Positions 48,271-58,596 are shown, counted from the stretch's first letter. The stretch is DNA of 64,000 nt from an uncultured Verrucomicrobiae bacterium (GCA_963762565.1 CAVXLD010000012.1:160001-224000), one strand, 5' to 3'. The notes: generated from the sequence alone by a model not told the origin. Program-made: numbers and translations.

Positions 48271-48430
48271 CTGGAGGGGGGCCGCTTTGTAGGCTAGCAG
48301 CTCTGTAAGTTGGCGGCTCCCGGGCACGGTCCAGCGCTAGCCAGTTCTGTAGGCGGCTTCCAAATCGGCGGGTTCTGCCACCCCGTCCTTCTTGAATGGC
48401 TGACGCTGGGTAATTCCCGGGAGCCGCCTG
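48271..48430. repeat. Family C element, partial second copy
   Basis: CTGGAGGGGGGCCGCTTT, GGCGGCTCCCGGGCAC and TTCCCGGGAGCCGCCTG in the same order as 23004-23195. Confidence 0.7.
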
Positions 48431-48479
48431 TCTAACCCCGAAGGCTTTCGGTGGCTGCCGCCCAGAGAGCGCGGCGATC

Positions 48480-49343
48480 CTACTTGATCGCGCCCATGGT
48501 CAACCCACGGACCAATTGCCGCGAAACGATGATACTGAAAATGATAACCGGAAGGGCAATCATGGTTCCGGTCGCCATGATCTGTCCCCAGGGCAGGTCA
48601 TAGCCGCTCATGAAGCTGGTTGCTACGACCGGAGCAGTTTGAGCGTATTTTCGAGTGAGAACCAACGCGTAGAGCAGCTCGTTCCAGGAGAAGATAAAGC
48701 TGAAGATCGCGGAGACCGCAATACCGGGCGCAGCCAGCGGCAGACCGATCTTCCAAAAGATGGCAAACGAATTGTATCCCTCCAAAGTCGCAGCTTCATC
48801 GAGCTCCTTCGGAATATTGCGGAACTGATCGGCGCAGATCCAAATCACGATGGGAACATTAAAAGTGAGATAGATCAGGATCAGGACGAGTTGCGTATCC
48901 AAAAGCTTTAGATTGCGAGCTAGAATGAAGAAGGGTAACGCTAGCACGATTGGGCTTAGCATCCGGTTCGTAATAAACCAGAACCAGAGGTCTTTTTTGC
49001 CTTTAAACTCGAATCTAGCGATGGCATAGGCAGCCGGAGTGCCCAGCAGCAAAGAAAGCGCCGTTGTACTAAGGGCTACGATCAAGGAGTTTTCCAGGCT
49101 CAGAGCGACGTCGAATTTCCTTACTGCCCGCTGATAGTTTTCCAACGTTGGCGAGAACAGAAATTTCGGGACGGGCGACAGAATATCCTGCTGATTTTTA
49201 AAGGAGGTCACCACCATCCAGTAAAAAGGAAAAACGCAGAACACGATGATCGCCAGCAAAACGACGAAGTGCCAGATCTGCAGCTTCGGTCGATACCGAA
49301 GTACGCCATTCTTCGCGGTAGAAATAGAGCTCTCAGACTTCAC
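48480..49343 (-). CDS. Carbohydrate ABC transporter permease (MalG type)
   Basis: PFYWMVVTSFK, EAA loop ELDEAATLEG, WNE, LVRGLTMGAIK; GTG 49343 overlaps the upstream stop. Confidence 0.9.
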   Translation of the reverse strand: MKSESSISTAKNGVLRYRPKLQIWHFVVLLAIIVFCVFPFYWMVVTSFKNQQDILSPVPKFLFSPTLENYQRAVRKFDVALSLENSLIVALSTTALSLLLGTPAAYAIARFEFKGKKDLWFWFITNRMLSPIVLALPFFILARNLKLLDTQLVLILIYLTFNVPIVIWICADQFRNIPKELDEAATLEGYNSFAIFWKIGLPLAAPGIAVSAIFSFIFSWNELLYALVLTRKYAQTAPVVATSFMSGYDLPWGQIMATGTMIALPVIIFSIIVSRQLVRGLTMGAIK

Positions 49344-50250
49344 GATAAATAAACCGAATATAAATTCGGGATAGTATGATGGTGATAACCAGGAGAATAA
49401 TCGCTTCAGCGGAAGCCATACCTTGTTCAAACGACCGGAAACCGATCCGCTGGATGTAAATGCTGATCAACTCGGTGGCAGCCCCAGGTCCCCCGCGAGT
49501 CATAATAAAGACCACGTCGAACATCTTGAGGATATCGGCGGTTCTAAGGATCAAAATTGCGGTAAGTCCAGGCAGCAGAAAAGGCAACTGAACCTTACGC
49601 AATACGTGCCACCATTTATCGGTTTCCAGCTTAGCTGCCTCCTCGATTTCGACCGGGACCATGGTGAGGCTCGAATATAAAACCAGGGCGCAGAATGGGG
49701 TCCATTGCCAGCAATCCATGATCGAAATGCTGAGAAATGCCAGATTCGGATCGGCCAACCATTCCATCTTGTGGCCGAACACCAGGTTCCAAAAGAAATT
49801 GTTGATCCCAAAATCGCCGTTGAAAACCAGGCGTCCGATCAGCCCGACCACGGCAAATGTCGTTGCCATGGGGATGACCAGGGCGATCCGGGTGACATTC
49901 TTCAGCCATTCGTTACCTGGCCTGTGTAGAAGCAGGGCGATGGTCAGGCCGAGGACCACCTGAATCGGTAAGTTTACAATCAGGAACAGGAACGAGCGGC
50001 CGAGTGCGTTACGAAAAGATTCATCGAAGAGCAGGTCGCGGTAGTTCGAAAACCAAACAAAAGGGGCATCGAAAATCGGCCAGATACCAAGAAAAGCGCC
50101 CTTAAAATGGACCTTCGTTAAAATGAACTGCTGAAGCGATGTCCAAAGGGCGAAGAGCAAAGGGATAATGCCCACCAACAGGAGGACAATCATCGCGGGG
50201 GCTACGAACCAGAACACTCCCGTTGAATAGCTTTTCTTAGCAGTGGCCAT
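49333..50250 (-). CDS. Carbohydrate ABC transporter permease (MalF type)
   Basis: WQWTPF, EIEEAAKLE, MTRGGPG.AT. Confidence 0.9.
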   Translation of the reverse strand: MATAKKSYSTGVFWFVAPAMIVLLLVGIIPLLFALWTSLQQFILTKVHFKGAFLGIWPIFDAPFVWFSNYRDLLFDESFRNALGRSFLFLIVNLPIQVVLGLTIALLLHRPGNEWLKNVTRIALVIPMATTFAVVGLIGRLVFNGDFGINNFFWNLVFGHKMEWLADPNLAFLSISIMDCWQWTPFCALVLYSSLTMVPVEIEEAAKLETDKWWHVLRKVQLPFLLPGLTAILILRTADILKMFDVVFIMTRGGPGAATELISIYIQRIGFRSFEQGMASAEAIILLVITIILSRIYIRFIYREV

Positions 50251-50418
50251 CGTTGGTTTTCATGGTTGATGCAATTTCATGGGCAACACGAGCCATTGGT
50301 ACACGCGCATTACCGGGCATGACAAATGACAGGTGAAAAATGACAAATCACCTGCAGTCGGGCCACCCTACGGGAAGTCTCTGATCTGTCATCTGTCATT
50401 TGTAATTTGTCATTTTGG

Positions 50419-50445
50419 GCTGGCCCCGGTGGGGCCGGGGCCAGC
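50419..50445. other. Strong hairpin just downstream of the solute-binding protein gene
   Basis: GCTGGCCCCGG-TGGGG-CCGGGGCCAGC, with inverted TGTCATT/AATGACA heptamer runs at 50319-50413. Confidence 0.55.
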
Positions 50446-50454
50446 AGTGAGCTC

Positions 50455-51789
50455 CTATTGCGCTAACTTCTTTTTGCCGTCGTAGTAGCCGGCTTTCGAA
50501 AGCACGTCTTCGACTCGTTTTCCGATTTCTTCCGAGCCTTGCTTAACCGAGACACTTCCGGTCATCATGTTGGTGCCGACTTCCGCGACGATTTCGGAAA
50601 GCTGAGGCCATTCGGCAAATCGCGGGCGGAATTCGGGAACACCCTGTTGCCAGGATTCAACCATCGGCGAGACGAAAGGATACTTCTTAACCAGCTCAGG
50701 ATCCTTATAGACCGATTGGCGGGCCGGGATTCCACCATTCTCAAAGTATTCTTTGGCGGTTTCCTTGGAAGTTGCCCACTGAATAAAAAGCCAGGAAGCG
50801 GCCTTTTGATTATCGTTGGCTTGCTTGGCGACAGCTAAGCAAAAACCTCCCAGAGCGGGTTTGCGTCCCGCCGGTCCTTTTGGCTCGGGTGCAACGCCTA
50901 GGTCGTTAACGATCTTGGACGACTTCGGATCGACCAACGTGGAATAGAACGCTGACCACTCGGTGATCATCGCCACCTGACCTTGGGCTAGCGCATTCAC
51001 GGCTTCGATGTGGTCGAAATCCACGATCCCGGGCGGCATGTATTTGATCAGATCCTGCCGAAAGTTAAGACCTGCCTGCGATTCAGGGCTCAGCAGGTTT
51101 GATTTGAACTTGGCGTCTAACAACGAGCCGCCCCACGGCCAAATGAACCGCATAAAACTGTCACAGGATTGGGTTTCTCCGCGTCTAGACTGAAGGGCGT
51201 AACCGTATTTGCCGTTTTTGGTGAGCTTGGCGGCGTATGCCTTGAGCTCATCCCAGGTTCCCGGTGGTTTATCGAATCCGGCGTCCTTCAGCATTTTCTT
51301 GTTGTAGTAAAGAAGACCCGAGTAGTTATCGAAGGGTGGTCCGTAAACAACACCGTTCCAAGAGCCGAAAGCGTTCAGCAGGAGCGGGAAGAAGTCGGAC
51401 ATGTCATAGTTAGGATCGAAGATATTTGGGAACTGCTTCTTCAGATCATCGATCGGAACGATGTAGTCCGAATCGGCGAAGGTGCCGATCCACACTAAGT
51501 CGACCAAGGCAATGGTGAGATCACCGTTGGATGAGAAGTCGCGGACCTCTTTTTCCAGGGTACTCTCATACGGTACGATCTCGTAGTTTACCTTAATGCC
51601 GGTTTTTTGTTCGAAATCGGGAAGCATTTTCTCGATCGCTCGATAACCAGGCCGGTCGAGAAATATCACCGAGATTTGGGTTCCTTTATAAGGCTTTGCA
51701 GCCTCTTCCAGGCTCCAAGCACCGGCGACACCGGCGCTGAGCGCGAAACAGGTCGCACCAAGCACCAATTGACGGATGAATCTTATCAT
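50455..51789 (-). CDS. Sugar/polyol ABC solute-binding protein (SBP_bac_1)
   Basis: Signal peptide, AAKPYKG, FEQKTGIKV, LYYNK, GQVAM..EW, W.FIQWATS. Confidence 0.9.
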   Translation of the reverse strand: MIRFIRQLVLGATCFALSAGVAGAWSLEEAAKPYKGTQISVIFLDRPGYRAIEKMLPDFEQKTGIKVNYEIVPYESTLEKEVRDFSSNGDLTIALVDLVWIGTFADSDYIVPIDDLKKQFPNIFDPNYDMSDFFPLLLNAFGSWNGVVYGPPFDNYSGLLYYNKKMLKDAGFDKPPGTWDELKAYAAKLTKNGKYGYALQSRRGETQSCDSFMRFIWPWGGSLLDAKFKSNLLSPESQAGLNFRQDLIKYMPPGIVDFDHIEAVNALAQGQVAMITEWSAFYSTLVDPKSSKIVNDLGVAPEPKGPAGRKPALGGFCLAVAKQANDNQKAASWLFIQWATSKETAKEYFENGGIPARQSVYKDPELVKKYPFVSPMVESWQQGVPEFRPRFAEWPQLSEIVAEVGTNMMTGSVSVKQGSEEIGKRVEDVLSKAGYYDGKKKLAQ

Positions 51790-51977
51790 ATGGGTGGGAG
51801 AAGGGATTTAAGATGAACGTTTCCGGGAGTCCGTTTTTCAAAAAAACGGAAAGTCCGAAATGGGATTTCAAGACTTCAAGGGACGATGGTCCGCTGCCGC
51901 CTTCCGCCTTGGCTAAAGCTATGGCGGACAAATCGTCCCTCGTTCCCGAACGGTGGCGGACAAGATGCCGCGCTGGG

Positions 51978-53072
51978 CTAGCGCCGCTTCGTGGTTGATT
52001 TGGTTTGGGAGACCGGTTTAGATTTTTTTGGCAGGCGAGCATCGATCGCTCGACCATCTACACCTCCTTTCTCTAAGGGGGCGGTTGACCCGCGAATTTT
52101 GAGGCTTGGAGCCAGAATCACATTTTTTTTCTCTGGCCCGGTCGCAGCTTCGGCCTGCACCAGGTTGACCAGAAGCTCGACGGCTTTGGCGCCGATCTCT
52201 CGGTAAGGCTGAGCGATCGTGGTGAGCGGCGGAACCAGAAAACGGCTGATCGCGATATCGTCGAAACCCATGATCGAAATGTCGCGCGGGATACTAAACC
52301 CGGATTCAACCAGCTTCCGCCAGGCGCCGATGGCTACGATGTCGTTTGTGGCGAATATCGCAGTCGGCCGCGGTTCCAGCTGCAAGAGATCTGTAATCCG
52401 AAGCCCGAGTTGTAAGTCCTGACGTCCTTTGGCTATGTACGCTTCCGGGACTTCGAGCCCGAACCGCTGCAATTCCTGCTGAAAACCTTTGATCCGTTCG
52501 ACCACATTCTGGACACTCGGCTCGCCGCACAACACCCCGATTACTCGATGACCTAATGTGGCCAGATGGCGCGCAGCCAATCTGCCGCCAAGAAAATTAT
52601 CGGTGCAAATCGAGTACTGATCGGGAACGCGACGGTCAACGAACACGATTGGCACCGAAATGTCTTTCAAAGTTTCGGCTACCCGGCTTTTTTGTGAGCA
52701 ATAGACAAGCAGAATCCCATCGACTTGGCGGCTGACAAGGTGAGCGACCTGGGATAATTCCCTTTCCGGGCTGCGTTCCGAGATACAAAGCAAGGTTTGG
52801 AACCCGCGTTCCCACAACTTGTTCTCCATGACTGCCGCGATCTCACCGAAGAAGGGGGACGTGATGTTAGGAATCACCACCCCGATAGAATTGGTCTTTC
52901 GCAACCGTAAGCTGCGGGCGCCCAGGTTGACCCGATAATTTAGCGCAGCAATTGCTTGTTCGACACTCTCGGCGGTCGCCGCAGAGAGTGTCGCCGTTTG
53001 GTTGAGATAATGCGAGACGGTACTAGGGGCGACGCCGGCAAGTTTAGCGACACTCCTAATAGTGGGTTTCAT
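51978..53072 (-). CDS. LacI family transcriptional regulator
   Basis: TIRSVAKLAGVAPSTVS, ARSLR, PTAIFATND, DISIMGFDD, PPLTTIAQP. Confidence 0.93.
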   Translation of the reverse strand: MKPTIRSVAKLAGVAPSTVSHYLNQTATLSAATAESVEQAIAALNYRVNLGARSLRLRKTNSIGVVIPNITSPFFGEIAAVMENKLWERGFQTLLCISERSPERELSQVAHLVSRQVDGILLVYCSQKSRVAETLKDISVPIVFVDRRVPDQYSICTDNFLGGRLAARHLATLGHRVIGVLCGEPSVQNVVERIKGFQQELQRFGLEVPEAYIAKGRQDLQLGLRITDLLQLEPRPTAIFATNDIVAIGAWRKLVESGFSIPRDISIMGFDDIAISRFLVPPLTTIAQPYREIGAKAVELLVNLVQAEAATGPEKKNVILAPSLKIRGSTAPLEKGGVDGRAIDARLPKKSKPVSQTKSTTKRR

Positions 53073-53105
53073 ACTGGGGGGAAGGAGGGTGACGACCTAA
53101 GAGTG

Positions 53106-53119
53106 TTGAATCGATTCAA
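53106..53119. promoter_or_regulatory. Perfect LacI-type operator palindrome
   Basis: TTGAATCGATTCAA with central CG, 34 bp upstream of the lacI-like start. Confidence 0.65.
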
Positions 53120-53156
53120 TCAGACTCGACAGAAGTGGGCCGGGTGAAACGAATTT

Positions 53157-53281
53157 TCATGTCCGAGGGGGGGTTGGAGTGAACGAGGCCACTGCACAAT
53201 TATGCAGGAGTTGATACGTATGCATAGTGGTAAAAAGGTCAAATGCAAGCCTTTTTGAAACGATTTCATGGAACGCTCTAG
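53157..53281 (-). promoter_or_regulatory. Promoter/operator block, copy 2
   Basis: Reverse complement aligns with 35334-35459. Confidence 0.7.
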
Positions 53282-53354
53282 TTCCAGTTGTTTTATGGGC
53301 GAAGCCGTGGAGCGCCACCTCGCTTGCGAGGCCGTCGCGAACAGGGCGATATCA

Positions 53355-55289
53355 CTAGTCCTTCAGCTTGGCCTGGCCAACCGCGGTCGCGCTCTTTAAC
53401 CGATGAAAGGATTCGACGGCTTCGTACTCGGCCAGTCCGAGGCGGTCGTACTGTTTTGCTGTCGCTCGATTGATCTGTTCCGCTTGTTGCCAGTCTTCAC
53501 CTGCTTGCGTCTCCGTAAAAGGAGTTTGGCTGCGTTGTGAGCGGTGATGGTAAAGGCAATCTAGTTTGATCGCGAGCTCGGCTGGACTGAGTGGCACGGC
53601 CATATCAATCTCATGTGGCGGCCAAGGACGTTCATTCGAGGCGTAAAGCCAGATCTGGCAACTCGACAGCCAAGGTTCATCGCGGCAGATCTCTAGAGCG
53701 GCCGAGACCAATTGAAATGTTATCCCGGTGACACTGCTAGGATCGGCGCCGGCGCCGGTTAAATAAATCTGGTGCGGTTTGCGTGAGCGAATTAAAGCCG
53801 TGACCAATTCTACGTCTGCCGAATCCCAACGAAATTGGCGGTACCTGCCTTGTTCGTAAAAGGGTAAGTCAAGGAAACTGACGTGATCCAAGGGTAGCGC
53901 AAGAATTTGGCAAGAGGCGCGAGCTTCGGCTCTGCGAATCAATCCTTTGAACTGCCGGAGGTCTCTGCTGTCCTCGTCAAAAGGTGCTTTGCTGTCGGTT
54001 TCTTTGGCCAACTTATCCAGTTGGATTCGAGAACCGGAGCCGGAGACCGCGAGCTCATGTAAAAGACTGAACGCCATCCTGGCTTCCGCGTCCGGTACAC
54101 TGAGATTACCGGAAGTCATGTAGGCCAAGGTGACTTCATGACGTTGGTTAACTAACCGATGAATGGTTCCAGCCATCCCAATCTCGGCGTCTAACGGTTC
54201 TGGACTCAGTATCAGCACCCGTTTGAACGACGGTTCGGCTGGGACCGGACGATTGGTATCATCCGCGTTGGGCTTTCCTCCCGGCCAGCCTGTGATGGTG
54301 TGTTGGAGCTCGTTAAAGATTCTAATGTTGAGGCTGTAAGCGGAACCTGTCTCTACCAACAGCGGCGCCAGCGCATTCTCAGTGTAGTCCTCGTCCTGGA
54401 GCCGTAAGACCGGCTTTTGCCGGTTCTCGGCTAACCAGCTAACAGCTTTTCGAGTTAGCTGCCGGCCCCAACTGACCGGGCCTACCTTCCAAGGTGTCCG
54501 GAACCGAGTGAGGTCATTCGCTGCTGCCTGGTCGATATAAGCCGCGCAATCCGGATGATGTTGCAGAAAACTGGCGGGGACGCTGTCGGTCTCCGGTCCT
54601 TCAATTGCGGCGCGGAGGATCGACGCCTTGGATTCACCCCAAGCGATTAGTCGAATCTGGCGCGCTTGGAGAATCGTCCCGATTCCCATGGTAATCGCGT
54701 AGGCGGGGACATTTGCTTCTCCACGAAAATCACGGGCCGCATCTCGCCGCGTCAATCGATCGAGCGCGACCATTCTGGTCCGCGAGTCCCGGGTCGAACC
54801 CGGTTCGTTAAATCCAATGTGTCCGGTGCGGCCAATGCCCACGATCTGGATGTCGATTCCACCGGCCTGCGTGATCTGGGCTTCGTAGCGCGCACAATAT
54901 TCGAAAACTTTATCTCGTTCCACTAATCCATCCGGTACGTGGACCTGGTCAGCAGGTAGGTCGACGTGCCGAAAGAGTTGAACCTCCATGAAATGGCGAT
55001 AGCTCTCCGGGTGGGTCGGGGCGAGACCGTAGTATTCGTCGAGGTTAAACGTAATAACGTTCTTGAAGGAGAGCCCCTCTTCCCGATGTAGCCGGATCAG
55101 CTCTTGATACAGTTTTACTGGGGTTGAGCCGGTAGCTAGCCCCAAAACCGCTGGTTGATTCTTCGTTTGGCGTTGCCGAAGAAAATCGGCGATGCCGGCG
55201 GCCAACTCACGGACTGCCGTTTGGGAGTCTGCGAATACCTTCGTTCGGAGCTTCTCGAATTGTTCAGCTTCAATTGCGAGGCTAGGCAT
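53355..55289 (-). CDS. nagB: Glucosamine-6-phosphate deaminase, long form with PIG-L-like C-terminal domain
   Basis: LGLATGSTP, TFNLDEY, GIGRTGHIGFNEPG, AITMGIG; C-terminal QHTITGWPGGKP, MTSGN, LPFYE, HRSQ. Confidence 0.9.
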   Translation of the reverse strand: MPSLAIEAEQFEKLRTKVFADSQTAVRELAAGIADFLRQRQTKNQPAVLGLATGSTPVKLYQELIRLHREEGLSFKNVITFNLDEYYGLAPTHPESYRHFMEVQLFRHVDLPADQVHVPDGLVERDKVFEYCARYEAQITQAGGIDIQIVGIGRTGHIGFNEPGSTRDSRTRMVALDRLTRRDAARDFRGEANVPAYAITMGIGTILQARQIRLIAWGESKASILRAAIEGPETDSVPASFLQHHPDCAAYIDQAAANDLTRFRTPWKVGPVSWGRQLTRKAVSWLAENRQKPVLRLQDEDYTENALAPLLVETGSAYSLNIRIFNELQHTITGWPGGKPNADDTNRPVPAEPSFKRVLILSPEPLDAEIGMAGTIHRLVNQRHEVTLAYMTSGNLSVPDAEARMAFSLLHELAVSGSGSRIQLDKLAKETDSKAPFDEDSRDLRQFKGLIRRAEARASCQILALPLDHVSFLDLPFYEQGRYRQFRWDSADVELVTALIRSRKPHQIYLTGAGADPSSVTGITFQLVSAALEICRDEPWLSSCQIWLYASNERPWPPHEIDMAVPLSPAELAIKLDCLYHHRSQRSQTPFTETQAGEDWQQAEQINRATAKQYDRLGLAEYEAVESFHRLKSATAVGQAKLKD

Positions 55290-55450
55290 GGGGAAACTCT
55301 AATCTGGACCCGGGTGTTAACGGCGGCAACGGCGATAGGTTCAGCTTAGCTGTTCACCTTGCGAAAATTCTGCGACCAAACCGGAGCCCGCCTCCGCCAA
55401 GCCTACGGCGCGGCAGGCCCTCACCCCACCAAGTTTGCGCTCGCGCTTGT

Positions 55451-56263
55451 TCATAGGGTGGTCAGCTTCATCCGCCGTTCTATATATTCAGGCTCGAGCT
55501 TGTCGAATGCGTCCAGGAAGCGAACTCTGAAACTGCCAGGTCCCTCGGTTCGGGAATGGTCGGCTGCGATTTCACCTGCCAAATCCATCACGACCATTGC
55601 CGAGACTGCGGCCGAGATCGGAGGAGAGCTTACCGGTAGAAAAGCAGCAATTACGGCCGTTGCGACACATCCGGAGCCCGTTGTTCGAGCCATTAATGGA
55701 TGCCCGTTCTCGATCGCGATGACGGTGGTTCCGTCAGACACATAATCAGTTGCACCGCTGGCCACGACGATGGTCCCGGTTTGCTTAGCCAGTTGGCGAA
55801 CCACGCCAGGAGCTTGCTCCAGGTTTCCGACTGCATCGACCCCCCGCGCAACCGAGGAAAGACCGGCAAGGGCCGCGATTTCCGCTTGATTCCCCCGAAT
55901 GACGGTCGGGGTGGCGATGGTCATTAGCCGGTCCACCAGTTTCCGTCTCATCTGGGTGGCGCCGACCGCTACCGGGTCCAGAGCAATCGGAATCCCTTTG
56001 GCCTTTGCGGCCGCGGCAGCTAAGGCCATCGCTTCGGCGCTTCGCGGAGTCGGTGTGCCGATGTTCAAGTTTAGCGCGCCCACGATTCCTACCAGCTCGC
56101 CGATCTCTTCGAATGCGTCCGACATAATCGGAGAGGCTCCCAAAGCAAGCAGCGCGTTCGCGGTGAAGTCCCGGACCACGGAATTGGTCAAAGAAAGCAC
56201 CAAAGGAGTCATCTCCCGCAGCGTTCGAAAATCGACCCAGATACGATCGGCGGAAATGTCCAT
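55451..56263 (-). CDS. thiM: Hydroxyethylthiazole kinase
   Basis: TN.V...FTANALLALGASPIM, LNIGT, LDPVAVGA, IRGN.AEI, TGSGC. Confidence 0.92.
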   Translation of the reverse strand: MDISADRIWVDFRTLREMTPLVLSLTNSVVRDFTANALLALGASPIMSDAFEEIGELVGIVGALNLNIGTPTPRSAEAMALAAAAAKAKGIPIALDPVAVGATQMRRKLVDRLMTIATPTVIRGNQAEIAALAGLSSVARGVDAVGNLEQAPGVVRQLAKQTGTIVVASGATDYVSDGTTVIAIENGHPLMARTTGSGCVATAVIAAFLPVSSPPISAAVSAMVVMDLAGEIAADHSRTEGPGSFRVRFLDAFDKLEPEYIERRMKLTTL

Positions 56264-56472
56264 GCTCAGTGCGCTTGGTTCTCGTCCTCGTCCTCGAACC
56301 CGGCGCGTGGAGTGATGGAGTACTGGAGTATTGGAGCACTGCGCTCTGGCGGTATTGCATCTGCCTTGGCAGATTTGGAAACCGTCAGGGCAACGGGCGG
56401 GAGCAAGCGAGAGTTACCGGGGGGGCTTTTTTCCCGCTCGTTGTGAGCGTTGTCCGATGCTCGTTACACCGT

Positions 56473-56853
56473 TTATTTGGCGTGCTGGATTAGTTCGATT
56501 TCGTAACCCTCGGGGGCGTCGACAAAGGCGATCATTCCGCCCGACCCGGTCTTCGTGGGTCCATCGCTGAGGGGGTAGCCTTTAGCGGCGGCATGTTTTG
56601 CGAACGCTTCGAGATCATCAACCTCGAAGGCTAGATGAGTGATGTCGGACCCCACATTTACCGGGCCGCTCTCATCAAATTTGCAAAGCTCAATTTCTTC
56701 CTCGCTGCCGGGTGTTTGCAGGAACACCAATTGTGAACCGCGCGGGGATGTGTGCCGGCGTACTTCCTTCAGCCCAAGGACATCCTTGTAAAACGAAACC
56801 GTCTTTTCCAGGTCGGAAACGCGATAACGGGTATGGAGAAGCTTCTTAACCAT
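56473..56853 (-). CDS. VOC family protein, lactoylglutathione lyase-like
   Basis: LLHTRYRV.DLE..V.FY.DVLG, IEL, HLAFEVDD, AP.GYEIEL. Confidence 0.85.
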   Translation of the reverse strand: MVKKLLHTRYRVSDLEKTVSFYKDVLGLKEVRRHTSPRGSQLVFLQTPGSEEEIELCKFDESGPVNVGSDITHLAFEVDDLEAFAKHAAAKGYPLSDGPTKTGSGGMIAFVDAPEGYEIELIQHAK

Positions 56854-56966
56854 AGATTTTCCGAAGCCTGCCACAGACCGGGCGTTTCAGCTACAAAACG
56901 GTGATAATTTCACGCGAGCTGAGAGTGTACGATTAGGGCTATCTGTGGCAGGCTTCGGAAATCTCT

Positions 56967-58466
56967 ATGGTTTACATCGGCATCGATAGTGGAACGCAGA
57001 GCACGAAATCGATCGTGGTTGACGCAGAGAGCGGCGAAATCCTGGCTTCCGCTCAACAGAAGTACGACCTCATTCCGAATCTCCCTCCAGGTCATATGGA
57101 GCAGGATCCCCAGGAATGGCTCGACGCAACGGACGCCACTATCCAGGACTGCATTAAAAAAATTGGGAGCCGCGCAGACGAGATAGAGGCGATCGGCGTT
57201 AGTGGGCAGCAACACGGATTAGTTGTCCTTAATGCTTCTAACGAGGTAATCCGCGCCGCGAAGCTCTGGTGCGATACCTCTACCGCCGACCAGTGTCAGG
57301 AAATCATCGATGAGTTCAGTGGCGACGCTTCACTGATTAAGCTTCTCGGAAATACAATGTTACCGGGCTGGACTGCCCCGAAGATTCTCTGGCTTAAGCA
57401 ACACGAACCGGAGAATTACGAGTCTGTCTCCAGTATCTTACTTCCGCACGATTACATCAATTTCTGGCTGACCGGCGAAAAACGGATGGAGTACGGAGAC
57501 GCGTCGGGTACGGGACTGATGGACGTAAGAACTCGGCGCTGGTGTGAACCGGTTGTGGAATTTATCGATCCGGCATTGGAAGAGAGGTTACCGTCCCTCG
57601 GGTCTTCTCGACAAGCGGTTGGGCTGCTGAGAGAAAATCTCCGGCAGAAATGGGGTCTGAAAAAGTCGCCTGTGGTTTCAGCGGGAGGTGGGGACAACAT
57701 GATGGGCGCAGTTGGCACCGGAAACGTAAAACCGGGGGTAGTCACGGCCAGTCTCGGAACTTCGGGAACCATTTACGCGTTTTCGACTGCTCCTGTGATT
57801 GATTCCCAGGGTGAGGTTGCCGCTTTTTGCGACAGTACGGATAATTGGTTGCCGTTGGTTTGCACCATGAATGTCACGGTGGCTACCGAGCACGTCCGCC
57901 AGCTATTCGGATGGGATATCGCTAAATACAATGAAATCGTCGGAGCTGCGCCGGTTGGCAGCGAAGGGATTGTTTTCCTTCCTTATTTGAATGGGGAACG
58001 CACCCCGAATCTGCCCGCTGGTACCGGAGTCTTTCACGGGCTAACCGCTTCGAATTTTACTCCAGCCAACCTGGCTCGCTCCGCGATGGAGGGTGCGACT
58101 CTTGGTTTGGTTTACGGGCTCAACCGGTTCCGCAGCCTAGGAATTAAGCCTGCCGAGATTCGATTGACGGGCGGTGGCAGCCAAAGTGGAGCATGGAGAC
58201 AAGTCTGTGCAGACGCTTTCCGCGTACCAGTTGTTTGTTTGGCCACAGCGGAAGGAGCCGCCTTGGGCGCTGCGTTGCACAGCGCCTGGGTACATAGTCT
58301 CGTGAACAACAAGTCCAGTAATCTACAAGACCTGGTTTCTCGAGCGGTAAAGATCGATGAGAAATCGCGGGCGCTGCCGAATAAGGAAAACGCAGACCGA
58401 TATGAGGAGTTGTTTGGCCGCTTCAACGGCCTGACCCAACGCTTGGCCACAGGAGGTTACCTGTGA
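56967..58466 (+). CDS. xylB: Xylulokinase (FGGY)
   Basis: IGIDSGTQS, SGQQHG, LWCD, TAPKILW, LLPHDY, GGGDN, SLGTSGT, GERTP. Confidence 0.85.
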   Translation: MVYIGIDSGTQSTKSIVVDAESGEILASAQQKYDLIPNLPPGHMEQDPQEWLDATDATIQDCIKKIGSRADEIEAIGVSGQQHGLVVLNASNEVIRAAKLWCDTSTADQCQEIIDEFSGDASLIKLLGNTMLPGWTAPKILWLKQHEPENYESVSSILLPHDYINFWLTGEKRMEYGDASGTGLMDVRTRRWCEPVVEFIDPALEERLPSLGSSRQAVGLLRENLRQKWGLKKSPVVSAGGGDNMMGAVGTGNVKPGVVTASLGTSGTIYAFSTAPVIDSQGEVAAFCDSTDNWLPLVCTMNVTVATEHVRQLFGWDIAKYNEIVGAAPVGSEGIVFLPYLNGERTPNLPAGTGVFHGLTASNFTPANLARSAMEGATLGLVYGLNRFRSLGIKPAEIRLTGGGSQSGAWRQVCADAFRVPVVCLATAEGAALGAALHSAWVHSLVNNKSSNLQDLVSRAVKIDEKSRALPNKENADRYEELFGRFNGLTQRLATGGYL

Positions 58467-58596
58467 ACGACTTCACAGTTATCGGTTTGCGGCTAGGGGT
58501 TTGCAGTTTGGCTTTTCCGATAGGTGTTCCCGACGCTCTCGCCTTGTCCGCCGCAGCTAGGATGGCGAAGGACGATCGTTCTGGCTCGTTTCCTTT

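Noticed and set aside
56264..56470. TPP riboswitch upstream of thiM
   Set aside because: No CTGAGA...ACCTGA...AGCGTAGG-like core recognised on the minus strand; the gap holds micro-repeats.
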